From IMG/VR virus record IMGVR_UViG_3300030330_003356, positions 1 through 64,000 of that record: a stretch of 64,000 nucleotides of DNA. One strand, 5' to 3'. Under the pieces are notes generated by a model, which worked only from the letters and a program-made list of their open reading frames with translations, had not been told where the DNA came from and ran no database searches. The DNA comes from a virus (lineage: Duplodnaviria; Caudoviricetes). Numbering within the stretch: the first letter of the stretch is position 1; each line of letters begins with the position of its first letter. Both the position numbers and the translations under genes were made by a program. Below are positions 30,099 to 39,565 of the stretch, one piece after another.

Positions 30099-31106
30099 AT
30101 GTTTGAATACTTTTACCATGAAATTCTGAGACGAACGATTATTTCGTTTGGAAGTCTTTTTAATGGAATTGAAATCAAGCATTTAGATTCCAGTGGAGAC
30201 GTTGATGAAGTTATCAAGGTTCCATTGGCATACGGGCCTACCCAAAAGTTTTTAGCAAGACTTGAGCAATCGGCAGATCTCAACAAACCAACGTCGATTA
30301 CTCTCCCAAGAATGTCATTTGAATTCACGGGACTTCAGTATGATGGCACAAGAAAAGTAACTACAACTCAAACTTTTAAATCCCAGAGTGTAGGAATTGC
30401 AACGGCAATCAGAAAAACCTACATGCCTGTTCCTTACAATATGTCGTTTGAACTATCAATCTTCACTAAGTTGAATGATGATATGCTTCAAATTGTTGAA
30501 CAGATTTTACCATATTTTCAACCAGCATACACTCTTTCAGTTAATCTGGTAGATACAATTGGTGAGAAAAGAGATATTCCCATCGTGATTGAAAATGTCA
30601 CAATGCAAGATGATTACGAAGGCAATTACAGCACCAGACGCTCTCTTCTCTATACAATAAGATTTACTGCTAAGACATATCTGTTTGGCCCTGTTGGAGA
30701 TACAACAAAGGCATCCAGAGATCTTATCAAAAAGGTTCGTGTTGGATATGTTCAAGACGATACTTCGACTCCAACCAGAGATCTTACCTATACTGTTATT
30801 CCAAGAGCGACACAGAGTTACACAGACAACGTTGTAACAAATCTCGCAGAAGATGTTGGAACGACTACCAATATTCTGCAAGTAAATGATTCTTCTGGAA
30901 TTGCAGAAAATACTTATATCACGATTAATAATGAATCTATATACGTCGATCGAAAAGAAGGGAATACTTTATTTACGAAGAGAGGACAAGACAACACTAT
31001 TACAGGTTCCCATGTTCGTGGCACTGCAGTCAATCTCATCACTGATGCTGATGATGCTCTTATTGAAATAGGTGATGACTTTGGATTTGACGGGAGTATC
31101 TCATGA
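30099..31106 (+). CDS. gp15: tail sheath stabilizer / tail terminator gp15
   Basis: FGSLFN, KVPLAYGP, LPRMSFE, QIVEQILPYFQP. Confidence 0.95.
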   Translation: MFEYFYHEILRRTIISFGSLFNGIEIKHLDSSGDVDEVIKVPLAYGPTQKFLARLEQSADLNKPTSITLPRMSFEFTGLQYDGTRKVTTTQTFKSQSVGIATAIRKTYMPVPYNMSFELSIFTKLNDDMLQIVEQILPYFQPAYTLSVNLVDTIGEKRDIPIVIENVTMQDDYEGNYSTRRSLLYTIRFTAKTYLFGPVGDTTKASRDLIKKVRVGYVQDDTSTPTRDLTYTVIPRATQSYTDNVVTNLAEDVGTTTNILQVNDSSGIAENTYITINNESIYVDRKEGNTLFTKRGQDNTITGSHVRGTAVNLITDADDALIEIGDDFGFDGSIS

Positions 31107-31522
31107 GTTTCGATAGTCTGAATGAAGCATTTGACGTATCGAGTGAGATCGTCTCTAGTGAACCTGAGCAGGTAAAACCTGTTCAGAAAGAGGTTGATGC
31201 AATTAAAACTGATACAAGAAAAGATTACGAATACACAAGAGGTAATCTTTATTCACTGATTGAAAAGGGACAAGAAGCAGTCAACGGTATACTTGAACTC
31301 GCACAGGAAACAGAGCAAGCAAGAGCATATGAGGTTGCAGGACAATTAATTAAGAGCGTTGCTGATGCAACTGACAAACTTCTTGATTTACAGAAGAAAC
31401 TAAAAGACGTTGAAGAGGAGTCACAATCTAAAGGCCCCACAAATGTCACAAACGCACTTTTTGTTGGTTCTACAGCAGATCTCGCTAAACTTTTAAAGCA
31501 GAATAAACAGCAAGATAAATAA
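31103..31522 (+). CDS. gp16: terminase small subunit gp16
   Basis: DYEYTRGNL, RAYEVAGQLIK, NALFVGSTADL. Confidence 0.92.
   Translation: MSFDSLNEAFDVSSEIVSSEPEQVKPVQKEVDAIKTDTRKDYEYTRGNLYSLIEKGQEAVNGILELAQETEQARAYEVAGQLIKSVADATDKLLDLQKKLKDVEEESQSKGPTNVTNALFVGSTADLAKLLKQNKQQDK
31515..31521 (+). promoter_or_regulatory. T4-like late promoter
   Basis: ATAAATA upstream of ORF 31565. Confidence 0.6.
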
Positions 31523-31564
31523 ACTATAGGGTGAGAAAACCCGAGGTTATTTACTTATATTTTA

Positions 31565-34500
31565 ATGGCGCAGGCTGAAGATAAAAACTTGCCGTCTTTG
31601 GACGATTATATTATTGAAGATGAATTTCCTTCAGTCGAAGAAGCGGTTGATAATGATTTGCCGTCTATAGAAGATAATAAAGAAAGCAATTTACCATCAA
31701 TTGAAGAAGAAGTTGAAGCAGAACTTCCCTCAGTTGAAGAATTTGTAGAAAAAGAAGAAGAAGAGTTAGTCGAAGAAGTCATAGTAGAAGAAGACTTAAC
31801 TCTTGACGAAGTAAAAGAACTAATTGAAGAAGTCAAGGCAGAAATACTTGACATTCCTCAAATCAAGCATTTTGACGAAGTTTTAGAAAAACTTTGTGAA
31901 GCAGTAGATCAAGTAAAATCAGAAATTCCTGAGGTTCCAGAACCAAAGGTATATGATGATGAAATCGAAGCAATTTGTGATGCCATTGATTCTGTAAAGG
32001 AAAATATTTCTTCTCTACCAGAAGTCAAGTATTATGATGAGCAAGTTCAAAATATTGAAGACAGAATAGATTCTGTTATTCAGGAAGTTACAAATCTTCC
32101 AGAACCAAAATATTACGATACAGATCTTGACTCGATAAAAGAGGACATCACTAAGGTAAGAGAAGAACTTGCTCCACTCCCTTGGGTTGAAAATACATTT
32201 TCGGGTATTGAAGAAAATTTTGAAAAAGTATCAGATGTAATCGATACATTAAAAGAAAAGTTAAATTTTAACTTTGACGAATATTCTGATTCTATAGATG
32301 TCAAGTTCTTTGAGAGTAAAGTTGAAACTCAAGGAATCAAAGAAGAGTTTGAATCTGAGAAAGAGAAAATATGGGATGAACTCAAAAAGTCCTCTGTCAA
32401 AATTTTTGAATATCAAAAAACATTCAAAGATGATGATAGAAAGTTAAAGAAACAAATTCTTGGTGAATATAATAAACTCAAGAATAATATTAAAAAGGAA
32501 CTTGAAGAAGCGACTGACAAGAGTATAAAAACTGATGAACTTCTTCTTGGATATTTTACTGAACTTAAAGGAGAGATATCAAATCTTCCAGAAGTAAAAT
32601 ATTATGATGAAGAAATTGATGAACTTCAAAAATTAGTCAGTAAGTTCAATAAAAGATTTTCTCCGGTAGAAGGAGATATTAAATCTCTCTATAGAATTGT
32701 AGAGGATATTAAAAAAACACAGATTGAACTTAATGAGCAGATTCTGGATGAGCCTGCCGATGTAAGTCAAGATGTAGGTGGTGGTAAAGATCCATTGACA
32801 CCCACAGATCAAAAGTTTGCAACGCTTGATGATCTTTCCAAACATTACACACTTTTTGTAAATCGTATTCAGCAACAACTCTCTACTGTTGGCGGAGGCG
32901 GTGCAGGATTTATCAAAGATCTTTCAGACGTTGATATTTCTGAATTAGCAGATGGATATATTCTTCAATATAACGCATCAGAAAATAAGTGGGAAACAGT
33001 TGCCAACACTGGAGGTGGATCAGTTGGTGTTGCGACAGCCGCTGCTTCTCTTGTACTTGATGCTAGAAATAATAATATTGGATATGGATTAACCATAGGT
33101 ACACCAGTATATCAGACTGGATATAATAGTGGACAAAATAGAATTAATATTGAAGAAGCAAGAGCATCTCAGTCTTCAACAATGCCAGCAAAAGGTGTTG
33201 TCCGTACTGATCTTGCAAATAATACTAATGGCACCATAATTGTATATGGTGAGTTAGAGGGAGTTGACACCAGAGATTTTGAAGTTGCGGATGAACTATA
33301 TGTAGCTCCTGGTGGTGGACTTACAAATGTTCGTCCTACGGATCCAACACATCTGGTTCAGAAGATTGCTGTTGTTCTGAAGAAGTCAAATAACGGCGCG
33401 ATACTTGTTTATGGTGCTGGAAGAACTAATGATGTACCCAACAATATTAGTATTGCTGGATCAGTAACCGCTGCATCTTTCCACGGTGATGGATCTGGAT
33501 TAACTAATGTAGGATTTGACACAAACTTTATTGTAGGAACTGCCATCACAATGGTTGATGGTATATTCAGTGGAAATTTATCTGTTGGTGGCACACTTAC
33601 ATATCAAGATGTAGAACATATTGATTCTGTTGGTATTATCACCGCACAGCAGGGTGTTCAGATTCTTAATAATGGACTGAACATAGTTAGTGGTATTGCA
33701 ACTGTTGTAGGAACTTCTGGTACAACAACGATAGGTGGTGTAGGAAATACGGCGTTATACGTTGATGGTAACGCCCGAGTCGTTGGTGTCCTAACAGTTG
33801 GTAGAGCATCTGTCACGATTGATGGTGATAATAATCAAGTTTCTGTTGGTATTGTTACCATTACCAATACGAGCGTAGTTATTGGTGATAATGTTACTAT
33901 TGACACAGGTGCATCTGGTATCAACTCTGCACCCAATGTTTTATACGTTGCGAAAGATGGAGATGATGATAATAATGGAACATCTATTGATAATGCATTC
34001 CTAACGATCAAAGCTGCTGTAGGTGCCGCTCAGTCTGGAACAACAGTTAAGGTGTTGTCAGGTAATTATGTTGAGGATAATCCAATTGAACTTCCTGCCT
34101 TTAGTGCTGTAGTAGGTGATGACTTAAGAACTTGCAAAATTCTTCCTAATAATGCAACTTCTGACATATTCCATGTTAACAAAGGATGTAAGTTGCAAAA
34201 TATGACTTTCTCTGGACATTTATCACCTGCTGCTGCTGTTGCATTCCCAGATAGTGGTGCAACTAATGTTGGTGGTGGTAAATGGAAAGGCCCATACGTC
34301 CAAAACTGCACAAGTGATACTACAACTGGAACTGGCATCAGAATTGATGGAAGTAAAGCGGTAAAAACAAAGTCAATGAATGTTGACGCTTTTACTCAAT
34401 ATAATCAAGGTGGTGTTGGTGTCGCTGTAACTAATGAGGGTTATGCACAACTAGTATCTGTATTTACTATTTGCTGCGATAAAGCAATTACTTGTCATGC

Positions 34501-35341
34501 TGGTGGACAAGCAGATGTTGCCAATAGTAATTGTAGTTTTGGTACACTTGGTTTAGTCGCTGATGGAAAGGGCGATCTTCAATATATTGGTACTTGTACT
34601 GCCGCTGCTGATGCTGCTCAAGACAATGTTACTATCAATGTTGGTGCAGCAACCACACGTCCATATGATGGACAGATTGTATTCTTTGGCGAACTGTTTG
34701 AGTCTGTAGAAACTATTACAGTTGGTTCTGGAGGAACAGGATATACATCTACTCCTACAGTTACAGTAGATGCTCCAACAGGAGCTAGTGGAGAAACCGC
34801 TACTGCTTTTGCAACTTTAGAAGGAGAGAGTGTTGCATCTATTACTATTATAAGTAGCGGATCGCAATATCAAACAACACCTACTGTAACTATCAGTGCT
34901 CCTGATGTGGGCGTAAATACCGCAACTGCCACTGTTACGATGGCACCGATTTACTATACAATAAATAGTTCAACACCAATAGTATCTGGAATAACTACAT
35001 TAACTCTTGAAGAAAACTTAATCAATGCAGTTGGTGTAGGAACATCGGTTCATTTCTTCCAACAAAGCAAGATTGTTGCTAGTTCACATACTTTTGAATA
35101 TATCGGTGCTGGAAACACGATTACGGAAGCAACTCCAAAGCGTGGTGGCGTTACTATTCAGGCAAATGAAGTTACCAAAACAAACGGAGGTAATGTTGTT
35201 TATACCAGCACTGATCAATCTGGTAACTTCAGAATAGGTGATGACTTACAAATTAACCAGAACACTGGTACAATTAGTGGTAGAGCATTCTCTAAGAGTT
35301 TGTTCTCAGAAATGACACCGTTTATTTTAGCATTGAGTTAA
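31565..35341 (+). CDS. modular 1258-aa protein: acidic repeat/coiled-coil N-half fused to a fibre-like, beta-helix-like C-half
   Basis: LPS[ILV][ED][ED] and PEVKYYD repeats, GGGGAG linker, then a G/T/V-rich region with LYVAKDGDDDNNGTSIDNAFLTIKAA (a pectin-lyase-like start). Confidence 0.8.
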   Translation: MAQAEDKNLPSLDDYIIEDEFPSVEEAVDNDLPSIEDNKESNLPSIEEEVEAELPSVEEFVEKEEEELVEEVIVEEDLTLDEVKELIEEVKAEILDIPQIKHFDEVLEKLCEAVDQVKSEIPEVPEPKVYDDEIEAICDAIDSVKENISSLPEVKYYDEQVQNIEDRIDSVIQEVTNLPEPKYYDTDLDSIKEDITKVREELAPLPWVENTFSGIEENFEKVSDVIDTLKEKLNFNFDEYSDSIDVKFFESKVETQGIKEEFESEKEKIWDELKKSSVKIFEYQKTFKDDDRKLKKQILGEYNKLKNNIKKELEEATDKSIKTDELLLGYFTELKGEISNLPEVKYYDEEIDELQKLVSKFNKRFSPVEGDIKSLYRIVEDIKKTQIELNEQILDEPADVSQDVGGGKDPLTPTDQKFATLDDLSKHYTLFVNRIQQQLSTVGGGGAGFIKDLSDVDISELADGYILQYNASENKWETVANTGGGSVGVATAAASLVLDARNNNIGYGLTIGTPVYQTGYNSGQNRINIEEARASQSSTMPAKGVVRTDLANNTNGTIIVYGELEGVDTRDFEVADELYVAPGGGLTNVRPTDPTHLVQKIAVVLKKSNNGAILVYGAGRTNDVPNNISIAGSVTAASFHGDGSGLTNVGFDTNFIVGTAITMVDGIFSGNLSVGGTLTYQDVEHIDSVGIITAQQGVQILNNGLNIVSGIATVVGTSGTTTIGGVGNTALYVDGNARVVGVLTVGRASVTIDGDNNQVSVGIVTITNTSVVIGDNVTIDTGASGINSAPNVLYVAKDGDDDNNGTSIDNAFLTIKAAVGAAQSGTTVKVLSGNYVEDNPIELPAFSAVVGDDLRTCKILPNNATSDIFHVNKGCKLQNMTFSGHLSPAAAVAFPDSGATNVGGGKWKGPYVQNCTSDTTTGTGIRIDGSKAVKTKSMNVDAFTQYNQGGVGVAVTNEGYAQLVSVFTICCDKAITCHAGGQADVANSNCSFGTLGLVADGKGDLQYIGTCTAAADAAQDNVTINVGAATTRPYDGQIVFFGELFESVETITVGSGGTGYTSTPTVTVDAPTGASGETATAFATLEGESVASITIISSGSQYQTTPTVTISAPDVGVNTATATVTMAPIYYTINSSTPIVSGITTLTLEENLINAVGVGTSVHFFQQSKIVASSHTFEYIGAGNTITEATPKRGGVTIQANEVTKTNGGNVVYTSTDQSGNFRIGDDLQINQNTGTISGRAFSKSLFSEMTPFILALS
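31856..32179 (+). repeat. four tandem 27-aa (81-nt) P-x-x-K-x-[YF]-D repeats
   Basis: Repeat prolines at 31856, 31937, 32018 and 32099; a fifth copy at 32588. Confidence 0.85.
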
Positions 35342-35342
35342 G

Positions 35343-35675
35343 ATGGCACAATTAGCACTTAATAGATTCCAAACAGTAACACTTGAACTAACTGACTCAG
35401 AGCAGACAATGTACACTGCTCCGACTGGTTATACTGCCATTCTTCTGTATGCTCATGTTGCAAATGTTGGTTCGTCTGATGCAACAGTTACAATGAAACA
35501 TGCGAGATCTGGAACAGACACTGAGATTATCAAAGAAGCCAACGTTCCTACTAATGATGCATTCGTTCCACTAAGTGGAAAATTAGTTTTAGAAACTAGT
35601 GATGCGGTAAAGGTTACTGCAAGTGCAAACTCAACCCTTAAGTGTATCCTTAGTATCTTGGAGACAGCGACGTAA
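35343..35675 (+). CDS. small beta-rich putative structural protein
   Basis: 110-aa ORF; MYTAPTGYTAILL...GKLVLETSD pattern. Confidence 0.75.
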   Translation: MAQLALNRFQTVTLELTDSEQTMYTAPTGYTAILLYAHVANVGSSDATVTMKHARSGTDTEIIKEANVPTNDAFVPLSGKLVLETSDAVKVTASANSTLKCILSILETAT

Positions 35676-36040
35676 TGCCATATATCGTAGGTTCATTAAC
35701 AAAAACTAATTTAAATATGACTGGTGGTGTTGTTCAGTCGGGAGTGACGACAACCACCACTACAGATGAGACTGCGATTATTTCTTTATCAGCACCGAAA
35801 TATCAATCTGTTGAATTTAAGATACAAGTAACTGAATCTAGTTCTTATAATTCGACAATCGTAAGAGCGATGCATGATGGAACATCTGCATATGTTACTG
35901 AATATGGAACATTACAAGTTCCCTCAGGAATTGCAACATTTTCTGCAGATGTAAATGCTGGACAGTTGAGACTTTTAGCATATCCCACAACTTCTGGTTT
36001 GACAACTTTTAGCGTGATTTACACTGCATTAAATTCATAA
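35675..36040 (+). CDS. small putative structural protein, paralog of a gp7 internal domain
   Basis: MHDGTSAYVTEYGTL matches gp7 segments IHDGTTAELLEYGDL and LNDNGGSYITEYGTL. Confidence 0.75.
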   Translation: MPYIVGSLTKTNLNMTGGVVQSGVTTTTTTDETAIISLSAPKYQSVEFKIQVTESSSYNSTIVRAMHDGTSAYVTEYGTLQVPSGIATFSADVNAGQLRLLAYPTTSGLTTFSVIYTALNS

Positions 36041-36043
36041 ATA
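36037..36043 (+). promoter_or_regulatory. T4-like late promoter
   Basis: ATAAATA upstream of ORF 36065. Confidence 0.6.
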
Positions 36044-36064
36044 TATTGAGACTACTAGTTTCTT

Positions 36065-37900
36065 ATGAAAAAGTGTCCATCAGGACAGTATTACTGTTTC
36101 ACTGATAAAAAATGTAAGAAGATTCCCATGGGATACCATGTGGGTGGAAGAGGTATGCTTGAAAAGGACACCGAATCTGAAACCAATAAAAATGGTAACG
36201 GTAATGGAAACGGTAATGGCAATGGAAATGGTAATGGTGGCAACGGCGGCAGTGGCAACGGTAATGGTGGTAATGGCGGGGGTGTGGGAGAAGAAGTAGT
36301 CTACGAGGGTGGAAACCTTCGTCAATGGTTCAAGGGTTCTCGCTCTAAAGGCGGTAAACCCGGATGGGTTCAAGTCGTATCAGGAAAACCCTGTGCTAGA
36401 CAACCCGGACAAAAAACCACACCTAAGTGTGTATCATCAGCAAAAAGAGCTTCGATGTCAGACGCTGAAAGAAAGTCTGCACAAAGAAGAAAAAGAGCAG
36501 CAGATCCAGGACAACCACAAAAATCTGGAGCTGCAAAACCAACCTATGTAAAAACTGATAGTCCTAGAAAGATGAAGAAAGAGGAGATCGAACTGATTCA
36601 AGAAAAGGACAAAAAAGGTAAGGGCAGCGGAACTAAAGATGCCTGTTACCATAAAGTAAAATCTCGTTACAGTGTTTGGCCTAGTGCATATGCGTCAGGA
36701 GCACTAGTCAAATGTCGTAAGGTAGGCGCTGCAAACTGGGGTAATAAGTCTGAAGGACTTTCCTGGGGCGAACTTACTGAAAAATTTAAAACACAATATG
36801 GTGACAAAACCAAATTGTCACAATCATCAGAACGTAAATCTCTTGGTAGAGGTTCCTCTATCAAAGATGGATCTAAGAAGAGTGGTTACGAATCTAAGAA
36901 AGAGTTTCGTGATCAGTCTATGAAACTCAGAAAGCATCGCGAAAGATTTGGTGATCTCGCTAAAGAAGAGACATCACTCGATGAGAAGTGCTGGCCTGGG
37001 TATGAAAAGAAGGGTATGAAGACTATGTTTGGAAAGAGATATCCAAACTGTGTCAAAAAGAAAAAAACCAGAAAAGAGTCGGTTGAAGAAGCAGTAAGAC
37101 TTCCCGCCAAAACTGGTAACATAATTGATGTGCATTTTGTCTTCAGAAGCAGAAGCTTTATGATCAAAATGTTTTTCCCTAAAGTTGGCATACCCAGCAG
37201 ATCTGATGTAAGTGATCAAATTAACAAAGTTTATCCTGGCGCAAAACTAACGTTTTTCAGAGTCTCAGACTATGAACCAGGACAACCACTCTTCAGAGTC
37301 ACAGAAGAAAGAGCAGGAGATCAAGCAGTTGAGGAAACTACTAGATCTAACGCAACAGCATCAGGAAAAATCCTTAAGGATGCCGAGGGGACATTAACCG
37401 AAAAAAAGTATAAGAATGATCCCTGCTGGGATTCTCATAAGATGGAAGGGATGAAAAAAAAGGGAAACAAAATGGTTCCTAACTGCGTTCCTAGAAATGA
37501 AGAAGTTGATGTAAATGAGGCAACTATGGAGAAACCTCTTTCCGCTCAAGAGATTGCTCTTCAAAAGAAAAAGATGCAAATTGATATGCAGATTCTTAAA
37601 AAAAGAAAACAGTCAATGAGTGATATTAAGAATGAAGAAGTAATTCTTGAAAAATCTGCTGCTTGGACAAGAAAAGCAGGAAAGAACAAAGAGGGTGGAC
37701 TCAACGAAAAAGGACGTAAGTCTTATGAAAGAGAGAATCCAGGTTCTGATCTCAAAGCACCTTCTAAGAAAGTCGGTAACAAAAGAAGAGCATCATTCTG
37801 TGCAAGAATGAAAGGAATGAAGAAGAAACTTACTTCTGCCAAAACTGCTAATGATCCCGATAGCAGAATCAATAAATCATTAAGAGCCTGGAACTGTTGA
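36065..37900 (+). CDS. modular basic 611-aa protein, putative head-internal protein
   Basis: Late promoter; Lys/Arg- and Cys-rich modules separated by Glu-rich linkers; GN repeat. Confidence 0.8.
   Translation: MKKCPSGQYYCFTDKKCKKIPMGYHVGGRGMLEKDTESETNKNGNGNGNGNGNGNGNGGNGGSGNGNGGNGGGVGEEVVYEGGNLRQWFKGSRSKGGKPGWVQVVSGKPCARQPGQKTTPKCVSSAKRASMSDAERKSAQRRKRAADPGQPQKSGAAKPTYVKTDSPRKMKKEEIELIQEKDKKGKGSGTKDACYHKVKSRYSVWPSAYASGALVKCRKVGAANWGNKSEGLSWGELTEKFKTQYGDKTKLSQSSERKSLGRGSSIKDGSKKSGYESKKEFRDQSMKLRKHRERFGDLAKEETSLDEKCWPGYEKKGMKTMFGKRYPNCVKKKKTRKESVEEAVRLPAKTGNIIDVHFVFRSRSFMIKMFFPKVGIPSRSDVSDQINKVYPGAKLTFFRVSDYEPGQPLFRVTEERAGDQAVEETTRSNATASGKILKDAEGTLTEKKYKNDPCWDSHKMEGMKKKGNKMVPNCVPRNEEVDVNEATMEKPLSAQEIALQKKKMQIDMQILKKRKQSMSDIKNEEVILEKSAAWTRKAGKNKEGGLNEKGRKSYERENPGSDLKAPSKKVGNKRRASFCARMKGMKKKLTSAKTANDPDSRINKSLRAWNC
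36191..36283 (+). repeat. Asn-Gly low-complexity repeat
   Basis: Encodes NGNGNGNGNGNGNGNGGNGGSGNGNGGNGGG with mixed synonymous codons. Confidence 0.95.
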
Positions 37901-37906
37901 TAACTT

Positions 37907-39565
37907 ATGTCTGATAATGTATATCTTGGCAATCCTAATCTAAAAAAAGCGAATACCCCGATTGAGTTCACTGAAGAACAGATTATTGAATTTGTTCAGT
38001 GTCAACGGGATCCGGTTTATTTTGCCAATAAGTATGTAAAGATTGTTAGTTTGGATGAAGGACTTGTTCCATTCAAACCATATCGATTTCAGGAAAAGTT
38101 AATTACTAATTTCCATGAAAATAGATTTAACATCTGCAAAATGCCGCGCCAGACTGGCAAGTCTACTACGGTGGTTTCTTATCTTCTGCATTATGCGGTT
38201 TTTAATGACAGCGTTAATATTGGCATACTTGCTAACAAAGCAGCAACAGCTAGGGAACTTTTAGGAAGATTACAAACTGCATACGAGAACTTGCCTAAGT
38301 GGATGCAGCAGGGTATTATTGCATGGAATAAGGGTTCGCTGGAGTTAGAGAATGGCAGTAAGATATTGGCAGCTTCTACGTCTGCGAGTGCTGTCCGAGG
38401 TATGTCATTTAACATCCTCTTTCTCGACGAATTCGCGTTCGTCCCAAATCACATTGCTGACTCGTTCTTTGCCTCTGTTTATCCTACTATTACTTCTGGT
38501 AAAAACACCAAGGTAATTATTGTATCTACCCCTCACGGTATGAATCACTTCTACCGTATGTGGAGTGATGCAGAGAAGAGTAAGAATGAATATATTCCAA
38601 CTGATGTTCACTGGAGTGAAGTTCCAGGTAGAGATGAAGCGTGGAAAGAACAAACTATTGCAAACACATCGGAACAGCAGTTCAAGATTGAGTTTGAGTG
38701 TGAGTTCTTAGGATCTATTGACACACTTATTGCTGCTAGTAAATTAAAATCTCTGGTTTACGATCACCCCATACAATCAAATGCAGGGTTAGAAGTATAT
38801 GAACAACCAGTAAAAGATCACGATTATGTGATTACAGTTGACGTTGCAAGAGGTGTGGGAGAAGACTATTCAGCATTCGTATGCGTTGATATCACATCTT
38901 TCCCTCACAAGGTTGTTGCCAAATATAGAAACAATGACATTAAACCGATGTTGTTTCCAAATGTTATATGGGAAGTAGCGAAAAACTATAATAGCGCATA
39001 TGTATTGTGTGAAGTTAATGACGTTGGCGATCAAGTAGCTTCACTTCTTCATTATGACTTAGAGTATCAGAACGTTTTGATGTGCTCTATGAGAGGTAGA
39101 GCAGGACAAGTTGTAGGACAAGGATTCTCTGGTAAGAAGACTCAATTAGGCGTGAAGATGTCTAAGACAGTCAAGAAGGTTGGAGCACTCAATCTGAAAA
39201 CAATGATTGAAGAAGATAAACTCCTTTTTAAAGATCTAGATATTATATCAGAACTGACTACATTCATCTCAAAGAATAATTCATTTGAGGCTGAAGATGG
39301 TTGTCACGATGACTTGGCAATGTGTCTTGTCATTTATGCTTGGTTAGTTGCTCAGGATTACTTTAAAGAACTTACTGATCAAGACATCAGGAAGAGACTT
39401 TACGAAGAGCAGAAAAATCAAATTGAACAAGACATGGCACCATTTGGTTTTATGGACGATGGACTTGATGATGCAAGTTTTGTCGATGGTGAAGGTGATC
39501 GTTGGTTTGGTGCATCTGAATACGGCGAAACTGCTGGTGGTATGGATTACATGTGGAAGTATTAA
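37907..39565 (+). CDS. gp17: terminase large subunit gp17
   Basis: Walker A MPRQTGKSTT, Walker B ILFLDEFAF, nuclease motifs ITVDVARG and HDDLAM. Confidence 0.97.
   Translation: MSDNVYLGNPNLKKANTPIEFTEEQIIEFVQCQRDPVYFANKYVKIVSLDEGLVPFKPYRFQEKLITNFHENRFNICKMPRQTGKSTTVVSYLLHYAVFNDSVNIGILANKAATARELLGRLQTAYENLPKWMQQGIIAWNKGSLELENGSKILAASTSASAVRGMSFNILFLDEFAFVPNHIADSFFASVYPTITSGKNTKVIIVSTPHGMNHFYRMWSDAEKSKNEYIPTDVHWSEVPGRDEAWKEQTIANTSEQQFKIEFECEFLGSIDTLIAASKLKSLVYDHPIQSNAGLEVYEQPVKDHDYVITVDVARGVGEDYSAFVCVDITSFPHKVVAKYRNNDIKPMLFPNVIWEVAKNYNSAYVLCEVNDVGDQVASLLHYDLEYQNVLMCSMRGRAGQVVGQGFSGKKTQLGVKMSKTVKKVGALNLKTMIEEDKLLFKDLDIISELTTFISKNNSFEAEDGCHDDLAMCLVIYAWLVAQDYFKELTDQDIRKRLYEEQKNQIEQDMAPFGFMDDGLDDASFVDGEGDRWFGASEYGETAGGMDYMWKY

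Noticed and set aside
36191-36283. GN repeat as a phase-variable DNA microsatellite
   Set aside because: Synonymous codons are mixed, which indicates a protein-level repeat rather than a slippage tract.
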